Origin: Candidatus Wildermuthbacteria bacterium
GTDB lineage: Bacteria > Patescibacteriota > Minisyncoccia > Minisyncoccales > UBA10102
DNA length: 64,000 nt
Assembly: GCA_016186115.1 (NCBI GenBank)
Contig: JACPMK010000003.1
Location: forward strand, 154,470 to 218,469
Direction: 5' to 3'
Every line of letters begins with the position of its first letter. Position 1 is the first letter of the stretch. Position numbers and translations under genes: made by a program. The notes below the pieces were generated by a model. The model was not told where the DNA came from, made no database searches, and worked only from the letters and a program-made list of their open reading frames with translations. Positions 47,589 to 55,853 of the stretch are shown piece after piece.

Positions 47589-48910
47589 TGCCAGATTTTG
47601 CTCCACAAGGAATTTTCGTAGCATTTTTCGCCATCTTGCAGGCCATTGTAAAATGGTGGTGGCTTTGGCTGCCTTTTGTTTTGTATAAACCCTTTGTGAC
47701 GATGTGGATATGGTGGCGCAGGGAAATTTGGCTTTCCAAGCAGCGTTTTGTGATTCTTGATGTTCGGGTGCCGGCTGATGTGGAGAAATCCTATATGGCC
47801 ATGGAAAATGTCTTCACGGGAATTTGGCAGGCACTCCATGATCCGCCAGACATTCCGGAGAAATGGCTCGACGGGAAATTTCAGCTTCCAATCGCGGTTG
47901 AAATCGTTTCAATCGCAGGAGAAATTCATTTTTATTTTGCGATGCTTCAGGGAGTGAGAAAAGGCGTGGAATCAGCAATTTACTCCCAGTTTCCTTCTGC
48001 AGAATTTAGCGAGGCGGAGGATTACAGCAGAAAAATTCCTTTCGATATCCCGAACAGGGAATGGAATTTGTGGGGCACAAACTACCGTTTTCAAAAAAGT
48101 GATGTGTATCCCATTAAGACCTTCATGAAGTTTTTTGAGCCAAGACCTGATGCCAAGGAAGAAACAAAAGTTGATCCCATGGGATTGTTGTTGGAGGGTT
48201 TAAGCCGCCTTGGTGAGGGCGAGCAACTTTGGATTCAATACTTGCTTAGCCCCATTACCCCGGAAGACGACTACGACTACGTTGCTCTCGGAAGAAAAGA
48301 AATAGATAGAATTGTCGAGGAACGCGCCAAGCCAAAGGCGGCAGCAGGCCCCCGTCTTCCTTGGTTCCTCACCCTTTTCAGGGACACGATTATTCAGATT
48401 GTGACTGGTCAGCCACCTGCCGAAGAAGAACAAAAGAAAGAAGAAAGAGTGCCTGCCGCCTTTGAGTTTACGCCCGGGGTTCGGGAGATGACTTCAGCTA
48501 TCGAGCAGAAGATCGGCAAATACGCTTTTCGAAGTTCGGTGCGATTTATCTATCTTGCAAAGATCGATAACTATTTCAGCCCGGCAAAGGGATTTGCAAT
48601 GTCCTATTTCACGCAGTTTAGCACGCAAACACTGAATAAGTTGCGGCCCTTCAAGGCAACTCTGACGAAAGTGAACACGATTACGATGCGGTTTTTGGAT
48701 AAGCGCAGGACCTACCTTGTAAAGCGCAGATTATTGAGAAAATATTTGAGACGCGAACCTCCGGAAGGAAGCGCAGGGCACGTATTGCTCAATACGGAAG
48801 AAATGGCTACCTTGTTTCATTTTCCTGGGCGACTTACTGCTACTACTGCCCCGCTTGCCCGCGTGGAGACAAAGCGCGGCGGAGCCCCTCCCGAATTACC
48901 AACAGAATAG
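47588..48910 (+). CDS. Membrane-anchored protein of unknown function, partner of the downstream TraD/VirD4-like ATPase
   Basis: TAATG overlap with the upstream gene. Two N-terminal Trp-rich TM helices are followed by a ~370-aa soluble domain ending in ..LNTEEMATLFHFPG. Confidence 0.6.
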   Translation: MPDFAPQGIFVAFFAILQAIVKWWWLWLPFVLYKPFVTMWIWWRREIWLSKQRFVILDVRVPADVEKSYMAMENVFTGIWQALHDPPDIPEKWLDGKFQLPIAVEIVSIAGEIHFYFAMLQGVRKGVESAIYSQFPSAEFSEAEDYSRKIPFDIPNREWNLWGTNYRFQKSDVYPIKTFMKFFEPRPDAKEETKVDPMGLLLEGLSRLGEGEQLWIQYLLSPITPEDDYDYVALGRKEIDRIVEERAKPKAAAGPRLPWFLTLFRDTIIQIVTGQPPAEEEQKKEERVPAAFEFTPGVREMTSAIEQKIGKYAFRSSVRFIYLAKIDNYFSPAKGFAMSYFTQFSTQTLNKLRPFKATLTKVNTITMRFLDKRRTYLVKRRLLRKYLRREPPEGSAGHVLLNTEEMATLFHFPGRLTATTAPLARVETKRGGAPPELPTE

Positions 48911-48925
48911 TTGTGCAATTCAGAG

Positions 48926-48956
48926 AGCATTGGAAATCCCCAATGCTTGTCTTTTT
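48926..48956 (+). terminator. Hairpin plus U-rich tract between the membrane protein and ATPase genes (terminator/attenuator-like)
   Basis: agcattgg / aaatcc / ccaatgct followed by tgtcttttt. Confidence 0.5.
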
Positions 48957-49007
48957 GAAAAGCCCTCTTTGCTTTGAGGAGGATTCGAGATACAATAAAT
49001 AGGAATT

Positions 49008-50633
49008 ATGGCAAACGGCAACGATATCACATTATTTGGGGAGACCAACTTTCGGAATATCCGAAGGAAGTTCGGCATCAAGCTTGACGATCGCCGCCGC
49101 CACATGTATGTGATCGGGAAGACCGGTATGGGAAAGAGCGAAACGCTCAAAAACATGGCCATTCAGGATATTCAACGCGGCTATGGAGTCGGATTTATTG
49201 ATCCTCATGGCGAGGCAGTGGAGGACCTGTTGCATTTTGTGCCCAAAGAGCGTATCCAAGATGTGGTATATTTTAACCCTGCAGATACCAACTTTCCCGT
49301 TGCGTTTAATGTCATGGAATCTGTAGATCCTGAAAAGCATCACTTGATTGCCGCGGGGTTGATGTCGGTGTTCAAAAAAATCTGGCCCGACGTGTGGTCG
49401 GCTCGCATGGAGTATATTTTGAACTATGCAATTCTTGCACTCTTGGAAGATCCCAATTCAACTCTGCTCGGGATTAACCGCATGCTTTCGGATGTGGAAT
49501 ATCGCCAGCAGGTTGTGGAGCATGTGAAAGATCCCGTGGTAAAAGCATTCTGGCTGCAGGAATATGCAAGATACACGCAGCGCTATGAAGTTGAGGCAAC
49601 CGCCGCAATTCAAAATAAAGTGGGACAGTTTATTTCCTCATCTCTTATCCGTAATATTATTGGTCAGCTTAAGTCCAGCATTAATATGCGCGAGATTATG
49701 GATCGGCAAAAAATTTTGCTGGTCAATTTATCGAAAGGGAAAATAGGAGAGGACAGCTCCCGCCTCTTGGGGGGACTTCTCGTAACAAAATTGCAGTTGG
49801 CAGCAATGTCTCGCGTTGATATTCCGGAGGCAGAACGAAGCGACTTCTTCCTTTATATTGATGAGTTCCAGAATTTTGCGAGCGATAGTTTTGCTGGTAT
49901 TTTGTCAGAGGCAAGAAAGTACCGACTTTCGTTGATTTTGAGTCATCAGTATATTGCCCAGCTGGATGAAAAAGTGAGGGATGCGGTATTCGGGAATGTC
50001 GGAACTTTGGTTTCTTTTCGGATTGGAGCAGAGGACGCAGAAGCGTTTGAAAAAGAATTTTTTCCCGAATTTACCGCAGAGGATTTTGTTGATTTGGGAA
50101 AATATACGATTTATGTAAAGCTCATGATCGATGGAATTGCGAGCCATCCCTTCTCTGCAGTCACGCTTCCGCCGATGCCCCATCCAGAGGTTTCGTACGC
50201 CAAAGAGATTATTGAGAGTTCTCAAGCAAAATACGGAGCTCCCGCAAAAGAAGTGGAAGAACGAATTGTGCGCTGGTCCGGCATTGGGGAGTTAGAACAG
50301 CGTCTGCAGGAAAATCCTTTGCCGCAGCAGGCAAATCCCCCCGTGCTGTACGATGCGATTTGTAGTAATTGTAAGAAACCAACCAAGGTAGTGTTTCCTC
50401 CTGATGGCAAGAGACCAGTGTATTGCAAGAAATGCAGAAAGAATTTAAGAAGAGTGTCAGAAAAACAATCTTCTGCTTCTGTTGCTGCTGCTCCGCGCCC
50501 GGAACAACCTGCCAAGCCCAAGGATGGGCGGGAAGAGCTGCGAAAAGCGCTCAAAGATGCACTGCAAGGAGAATCATCCAATAAAGGAGTTTTGAATCCC
50601 GGCGATACGGTCTATTTTAAAAAGACCACATGA
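49008..50633 (+). CDS. TraD/TraG/VirD4-like (type IV coupling protein-like) P-loop NTPase with C-terminal CxxC-x17-CxxC zinc-ribbon
   Basis: Walker A GKTGMGKS (49116-49139), Walker B-like FFLYIDEFQNF, and ARKYRLSLILSHQY. There is no N-terminal TM. The C-terminal CSNC-x17-CKKC spans 50361-50435. Confidence 0.7.
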   Translation: MANGNDITLFGETNFRNIRRKFGIKLDDRRRHMYVIGKTGMGKSETLKNMAIQDIQRGYGVGFIDPHGEAVEDLLHFVPKERIQDVVYFNPADTNFPVAFNVMESVDPEKHHLIAAGLMSVFKKIWPDVWSARMEYILNYAILALLEDPNSTLLGINRMLSDVEYRQQVVEHVKDPVVKAFWLQEYARYTQRYEVEATAAIQNKVGQFISSSLIRNIIGQLKSSINMREIMDRQKILLVNLSKGKIGEDSSRLLGGLLVTKLQLAAMSRVDIPEAERSDFFLYIDEFQNFASDSFAGILSEARKYRLSLILSHQYIAQLDEKVRDAVFGNVGTLVSFRIGAEDAEAFEKEFFPEFTAEDFVDLGKYTIYVKLMIDGIASHPFSAVTLPPMPHPEVSYAKEIIESSQAKYGAPAKEVEERIVRWSGIGELEQRLQENPLPQQANPPVLYDAICSNCKKPTKVVFPPDGKRPVYCKKCRKNLRRVSEKQSSASVAAAPRPEQPAKPKDGREELRKALKDALQGESSNKGVLNPGDTVYFKKTT

Positions 50634-51694
50634 AAACAATACGCGACCTTGAGCTGAAAGGTAAGAGAGCGCTTCTTCGGTGCGATCTCAATGTACCTCT
50701 TGATGAAGAGGGGAATATTATTGATGATTTTCGCATCGCTGCGAGCATCCCTACCATTGCATACGCACTCAAACAACAGGCAAGAGTCATTCTTTTAACC
50801 CATCTGGGAGATCCGGAGGGGGAAATGATTGTGAAACTCCGGGTTGATAAAATTCAGGAAAAACTATTCGAATATCTCGATGTTTCGGTTACAAAAGCCG
50901 CAGATTGCATAGGGAAAGAAATTGAACAGTGGACTTTGGAAATGGCGCCGGGAGAACTATTGCTTTTGGAAAACGTACGGTTTCATAAAGAGGAAATGCT
51001 CAATGATGAGAATTTTGCAAAACAACTCGCCCTGCTTGGAGATGTTTTTATTAATGACGCATTTGGAGTTTCTCACCGGGCACATGCTTCTGTTGCGGGA
51101 ATCCCAAAATATCTGCCGTCGGGCATAGGACTGCTTTTTGAAAAGGAACTGCACGCGCTCCATCGCCTCTTGGAAAATCCCAAGCGGCCAGTCGTTGCAA
51201 TTGTGGGGGGAAAAAAAGTAGAAAGCAAACTTTCATTTATCAACCGTATCGCAGGGATTGCTGATGTCGTGCTGCTCGGTAATCTGCTTGCAAGAGAGGC
51301 CTTGCAAACCCATCTTCGCTGGGAGCATCCGGAAAAAATTGTTGTTCCTGTTGACGGAATTCCCAGTAATGAGCAGGCCCTTGATATCGGCCCAAAGACG
51401 CAGGATGCTTTTTTGGAAAAAATCCGTAACGCTTGCACAATTTTCTGGGCAGGGCCATTAGGCATGACCGAAGAAGAAAAATATGCACAAGGTTCTTTGC
51501 GAGTGGCAGAGGCGATCGGGAAGAGCAATGCCTTTTCGATCGCAGGAGGAGGGAATCTTCTCGCCTTTTTGAATGCATATCATCTTCGGGACCACTTTTA
51601 CCATGTTTCGACGGGAGGAGGCGCAATGCTTGCATTTATTGTAGGAGAAAAACTCCCGGGATTAGAAGCATTACACGAGTATGATGGAGGTTAA
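50630..51694 (+). CDS. pgk: Phosphoglycerate kinase
   Basis: RCDLNVPLD..., NVRFHKEE, and STGGGAMLAF. ATGA overlap with the upstream ATPase gene. Confidence 0.9.
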   Translation: MKTIRDLELKGKRALLRCDLNVPLDEEGNIIDDFRIAASIPTIAYALKQQARVILLTHLGDPEGEMIVKLRVDKIQEKLFEYLDVSVTKAADCIGKEIEQWTLEMAPGELLLLENVRFHKEEMLNDENFAKQLALLGDVFINDAFGVSHRAHASVAGIPKYLPSGIGLLFEKELHALHRLLENPKRPVVAIVGGKKVESKLSFINRIAGIADVVLLGNLLAREALQTHLRWEHPEKIVVPVDGIPSNEQALDIGPKTQDAFLEKIRNACTIFWAGPLGMTEEEKYAQGSLRVAEAIGKSNAFSIAGGGNLLAFLNAYHLRDHFYHVSTGGGAMLAFIVGEKLPGLEALHEYDGG

Positions 51695-52844
51695 AAACGT
51701 TCCAGAGGCTGCAGAGAGGATCAAAAAAGCAATTGATAAAAAAGAGCGCATTATTCTTTATGGGGATGCCGATTTGGACGGGGTTTGTTCGGTGTTGATT
51801 TTGAAGGAGGCATTAAAAAACATGGGGGGAGAAATTGCTGCCGTGTATTTTCCCAATCGCGAAGAAGAGGGGTACGGTATCACCAAGACGGCATTGGAAG
51901 CGCTTGGAAAATTCGCTCCCGCTCTTTTCATCGCGATGGATCTTGGGATATCGAATTTCGAGGAGATAGACCTTGCAAATCAAAAAGGATTCGAGGTTAT
52001 TCTTATTGATCACCATCAAATTCTTGGGTCCCTGCCGTCTGCCTTTTTGATCGTTGACCCCAAGCAGGAAGGCGAGCAGTATCCTTTCACTAGCTTTGCC
52101 GCGTGCGGACTTACCTTGCGGGTCGCAGAACATGTGCTTGGAAAGGCAATGACCAATTCTTTGCGCAAGAGCTTGGTTGAGCTCGCGACTCTGGGCACGA
52201 TTGCCGATATGATGCCGAGGGAGCAGGATAATCAAGCGCTTATCGAAGAGGGGTTATCGTATCTTCCGCAGTCATGGAGACCGGGTCTTCAGGCCCTTTT
52301 CCAATTCGAACCATTTTCTCAAGCATTAAGTTTGGAAGAAAAAATAGCGCGCGTCATCTCTCTCTTAAATGTGCGCGATATTCAATACGGACTGCCTGCG
52401 GCTTTTCGTCTTCTGGTTGTTTCGTCGCTGCAAGACGCGGAGGCGTTGCTTGAGCGTCTGTGGGAAATTAGCAAAGTGCGTCATGGCAATATCCGCGCGT
52501 TTGTCGAAGAAGTGGAAAGAAATATTGCAGCGAGAAGGGATGATCTTATCATCTTTGAAGGAACTACAGAGCTTGAGTACGTACTTTTGGGAGGGGCAGC
52601 TTCGGTACTTGCGAATCGATACAAAAAGCCCGTTTTTCTATATCGGGAAAGGGGAGCTGAAAGTTTAGGCAGTGTGCGAGCTCCTTTGGGGTATGATACT
52701 GTCAAGGCAATGACATATTGTTCGCAGTTTTTATCTACCTATGGCGGGCATGCACAGGCATCGGGCTTCCGTTTGAAAACAGAACATATCGATCAATTTC
52801 GATCTTGTCTTATCAAATTTTTTTCTACACATGAAAAATCCTGA
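51681..52844 (+). CDS. DHH/DHHA1-family phosphoesterase (short RecJ/NrnA-like)
   Basis: YGDADLDGVCS (DHH motif I/II), IDHHQ, and GGHAQASGF (DHHA1). Confidence 0.75.
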   Translation: MMEVKNVPEAAERIKKAIDKKERIILYGDADLDGVCSVLILKEALKNMGGEIAAVYFPNREEEGYGITKTALEALGKFAPALFIAMDLGISNFEEIDLANQKGFEVILIDHHQILGSLPSAFLIVDPKQEGEQYPFTSFAACGLTLRVAEHVLGKAMTNSLRKSLVELATLGTIADMMPREQDNQALIEEGLSYLPQSWRPGLQALFQFEPFSQALSLEEKIARVISLLNVRDIQYGLPAAFRLLVVSSLQDAEALLERLWEISKVRHGNIRAFVEEVERNIAARRDDLIIFEGTTELEYVLLGGAASVLANRYKKPVFLYRERGAESLGSVRAPLGYDTVKAMTYCSQFLSTYGGHAQASGFRLKTEHIDQFRSCLIKFFSTHEKS

Positions 52845-53280
52845 CCATTTGATTGTTCAAACCGACGGGGGAGCAAGGGGAAATCCCGGCCCCGCGGCGA
52901 TTGGAGTTGTGATTAGCGACAAACAGGGCAACATCCTAAAGAAATACGGAGAATATCTGGGGGAACAAACCAATAACTACGCTGAATATCAGGCAGTCAT
53001 TTCTGCCCTAAAGAAGATCAAACAACTCTTTGGCAAAGAGAACGCAAAAACCGCAATTATTGATGTGTTCGCTGATTCGGAGTTGCTGGTAAAACAAATG
53101 AATCATCAATATAAGGTAGAAAATGAGAGCGTCCAGCAACTTTTTTTGCAGCTGTGGAATCTTATCATTGATTTTCAAGAGGTACATTTTCATGCGGTGC
53201 CCCGGGAACAGAATAAAGAGGCAGACGCTCTTGTGAATGAGACACTCGATGCGCAACAAAAAGCAGCGAAACTTTTCTAA
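52831..53280 (+). CDS. rnhA: Ribonuclease HI
   Basis: TDGGARGNPGPAAIG..., NNYAEYQAVISAL, DSELLVKQM, and NKEADALVN give the DEDD catalytic pattern. Confidence 0.85.
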   Translation: MKNPDHLIVQTDGGARGNPGPAAIGVVISDKQGNILKKYGEYLGEQTNNYAEYQAVISALKKIKQLFGKENAKTAIIDVFADSELLVKQMNHQYKVENESVQQLFLQLWNLIIDFQEVHFHAVPREQNKEADALVNETLDAQQKAAKLF

Positions 53281-53581
53281 GAAAAATATCCCAACGCCCG
53301 CTCTGCTCTGCTTGAAGAAGATTCCTAAAGGGAAAGTGACTACCTATAAGGAATTGGCAAGAGCGTGCGGTACTTCTCCACGGGCAGTCGGCAGAATGAT
53401 GGCGTGCAACCCTTATCCTCAAGAGTACCATTGCTATAAAATGGTCTCTTCGAGGGGGGAACTTTGCGGATATAGTGGCCATGGCGGATTGAAAGCCAAG
53501 AAAAAATTGCTGGAGAAAGAGGGTATCGAGGTTCACAACGGCAAAGTGGATTTGAAACGTTTTCTTTTTCGATTTGACTAA
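53249..53581 (+). CDS. MGMT/Ogt C-terminal-domain-only protein with variant active-site motif (HCYKMV instead of PCHRVV)
   Basis: IPKGKVTTYKELA...SPRAVGRMMACNP....HCYKMVSSRGELCGYSG aligns with the DNA-binding/active-site domain of O6-alkylguanine transferases. Confidence 0.65.
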   Translation: MRNKKQRNFSKKNIPTPALLCLKKIPKGKVTTYKELARACGTSPRAVGRMMACNPYPQEYHCYKMVSSRGELCGYSGHGGLKAKKKLLEKEGIEVHNGKVDLKRFLFRFD

Positions 53582-53602
53582 TATTTTGAGTTCCCGTATA
53601 AT
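53574..53602 (+). promoter_or_regulatory. sigma70-like promoter of rnpB (TTGACT-17nt-TATAAT)
   Basis: -35 at 53574-53579 and -10 at 53597-53602. The predicted start near 53609 coincides with the first base of the P1 helix. Confidence 0.65.
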
Positions 53603-53608
53603 ATAATT

Positions 53609-54150
53609 GCTTGGAGTGGCAAGGTAATCGCCCGCTAAATTTTCGCAAGAAAACTTAGTCGGGAGGAAAGTCCGAACACTCTGCTGCCATGATTGGCAGT
53701 AGAAACAGGTCAGGGCAATTCCCTGCTAGCCGATGTTTCATCGGTTATGAGGTGCGAACAGAGACGATTTTGTCTGAAAAGACAAAATCGTCCTTCGAAG
53801 CCCGCCGACTGGCGGGCGTAGGAGGACGATCTGGGTTATACAGCGGGTGTCCTCCTTTGCGTAAAGCTACGGAGGACAGCTTCGCCAAAGGCTCAGCTGA
53901 AACGGCTAAATCCTGCCCGGGTGCAAGAGTAAATCCTGCTGTCTATGCGTGTAGGAAAGACCTGCGGAATCTTGACCCAGTTTCGAAAACTGCGTTGCGT
54001 GAGATTCTTTTCTGCATAGGCGTGGGGAGAAAAGTAACTCGCTTGACCCCGAGAGTAATCGAGGGGCTAGATAGATGATTATCATTTTCTTTTCTGCGTG
54101 GACAACAGAAGAGAAAAACAGAATTCGGCTTACTGCCATTCCAAGTTCCA
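53609..54150 (+). ncRNA. rnpB: RNase P RNA (bacterial type A-like), unusually long (~540 nt)
   Basis: GGGAGGAAAGUCCGAAC (CR-I) lies at about 53661. CUAGAUAGAUGA...ACAGAAUUCGGCUUA (CR-IV/V) lies at about 54067-54131. A 13-bp P1 forms between 53609-53621 and 54134-54146, and P4 AAGUCCGA pairs with UCGGCUU. Confidence 0.9.
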
Positions 54151-54152
54151 TA

Positions 54153-54181
54153 GCAAAAGAGCGTGATTCGCGCTCTTTTGC
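54153..54181 (+). terminator. Rho-independent terminator of rnpB
   Basis: gcaaaagagcg / tgattcg / cgctcttttgc followed by a T-rich tract. Confidence 0.7.
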
Positions 54182-54203
54182 TTTATGGGATACAATAAAA
54201 AAG

Positions 54204-55841
54204 ATGACAATTTCTCAAATTTTTAATTCCCAGACAAAAACTATCGCTTTTGCCGCAGGGCTGCTTGCTGTTTCGTCGTTGATTAGCCGCTTCCTTGGAC
54301 TCATAAGAAATGCCATGCTTTCGTGGCGTTTCGGAGCAAGCGAGTCCACTGATATGTATTTTGCCGCATTTCAAATTCCCGACTTCTTATATGCCATCTT
54401 GATTACGGGTGGGGTTTCTGTTGTGTTTCTTCCTTTGTTTGCCTCATATATGGAACAGAACAAGGAAGAAGCATGGAAATTTGCGAGCAATCTTCTCAAT
54501 AGTGCTATTGGAATTCTCGTAGGCCTCGCAGTTCTCGCTGCCCTTTTCGCCCCCCTTCTTATGAAGCTTGTCGCACCGGGATTTACAGAGGATCAGATCC
54601 AAGTGGCCAGCAACCTTACGCGGCTGATGCTTCTCAGCCCAATTTTATTCGGCATATCCTCCATATTTTCGGGAATGCTTCAATATTTCAATAAATTCTT
54701 TGCGTATTCTTTAGCCCCAATTTTGTATAATTTGGGAATTATGTTCGGTATCGTATTTTTGGTTCCTCTATTTGATGTATGGGGGTTAGGGCTTGGCGTC
54801 GTGTTGGGCGCTCTTTTTCATGTGCTTATTCAAATTCCAGCTGCGATTCAGTCCGGATTTTCCTGGCGCGCGATATGTGACATGAGACATCCCTCGATTC
54901 AAAAGGCGATACGCATGACTTTTCCCCGTACCATTGCCTCTGCAGGATTTCAATTCAATCTTGTGGTTATTACTGCCTTGGCCTCCCTTATTTCTGCAGG
55001 AAGTATTACGATTTTTCAATACGCAAACGATCTTCAGTATGTGTCGATTGGCTTGGTGGGGGCGCCGTTCTCAATTGCCGCTTTTTCTGCGCTTTCCAGA
55101 TTATTTGCCCAGCAAAATTTTGAACAAATGAAACGGGTATTATCTCGTACAACAGCCCAGATCATTTTTTTCTTAATTCCTTTCTCCGTGCTTTTGTTTT
55201 TATTGAGAGCCCAGATCGTTCGTTTGGTGTATGGCAGCACTCCAAAATTTACATGGGAAGATACTCAGCTTACCGCGGCGGTATTGGGAATTTTCGCATT
55301 TGGGTTGGTGCTCTATGGTCTCATTCCATTATTCGCGCGAAGTTTTTTTGCTATGCAAGATACCAAAACCCCCACCATCTTCGGCCTTATGGCTATTGCG
55401 CTTAACATTGGTTCTGCCATAGGGCTGATGCAGCTTTTTGCGACAGAAAATGCGTTTCAGCAGTTTTTTGTATCTTTCTTAAAACTTCAGAATATTTCCG
55501 ATGTGCGCATTTTGGCGTTCCCCTTGGCTTTTGTGATATCGGGCATGTTTCAGGTAGCAACACTCGCAATTTTTTTGATGCGCGCAGTCCCCGCTCTTTT
55601 CGATAAGGCGTTTTTCCTTTCGGTGCGCAGGACTTTTATGCTCACTACAATAATTGGTATTGCAACCTATGCGACGCTTCATCTATATGGGGCAATCATC
55701 CCGCTTCGCACCTACACCGAGGTTCTTTTTCAATTTCTGTCGGCAGGATTGATTGGGATGTTGGCCGGCATCGCAACAGGATTTGCCGTGAAGTCGCCCG
55801 AACTACTTTCATTAGTAAGAAGATTGAAGAAGACGCCCTGA
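54204..55841 (+). CDS. murJ: Lipid II flippase MurJ (MviN)
   Basis: The ATG at 54204 (MTISQIFNSQ...) is preferred. SRFLGLIRNAMLSWRFGAS..TDMYFAAF.IP is the MurJ N-terminal signature. The 54075 start would overlap rnpB. Confidence 0.85.
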   Translation: MTISQIFNSQTKTIAFAAGLLAVSSLISRFLGLIRNAMLSWRFGASESTDMYFAAFQIPDFLYAILITGGVSVVFLPLFASYMEQNKEEAWKFASNLLNSAIGILVGLAVLAALFAPLLMKLVAPGFTEDQIQVASNLTRLMLLSPILFGISSIFSGMLQYFNKFFAYSLAPILYNLGIMFGIVFLVPLFDVWGLGLGVVLGALFHVLIQIPAAIQSGFSWRAICDMRHPSIQKAIRMTFPRTIASAGFQFNLVVITALASLISAGSITIFQYANDLQYVSIGLVGAPFSIAAFSALSRLFAQQNFEQMKRVLSRTTAQIIFFLIPFSVLLFLLRAQIVRLVYGSTPKFTWEDTQLTAAVLGIFAFGLVLYGLIPLFARSFFAMQDTKTPTIFGLMAIALNIGSAIGLMQLFATENAFQQFFVSFLKLQNISDVRILAFPLAFVISGMFQVATLAIFLMRAVPALFDKAFFLSVRRTFMLTTIIGIATYATLHLYGAIIPLRTYTEVLFQFLSAGLIGMLAGIATGFAVKSPELLSLVRRLKKTP

Positions 55842-55853
55842 ATCGCAAATGAT

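Noticed and set aside
49008-50633. Interpreting the TraD/VirD4-like ATPase as evidence of a conjugative or integrative mobile element
   Set aside because: The window contains no relaxase, VirB4/B6/B8-11, pilin, integrase, att-like repeats or compositional break. The gene is also translationally coupled to pgk.
53689-54203. ORF-track ORF 53689-54078 (129 aa) and the 54075 start of the murJ ORF
   Set aside because: Both lie inside the RNase P RNA (conserved CR-I/CR-IV/CR-V, P1 and P4 pairings) and its terminator. The MurJ homology starts only at the ATG at 54204.
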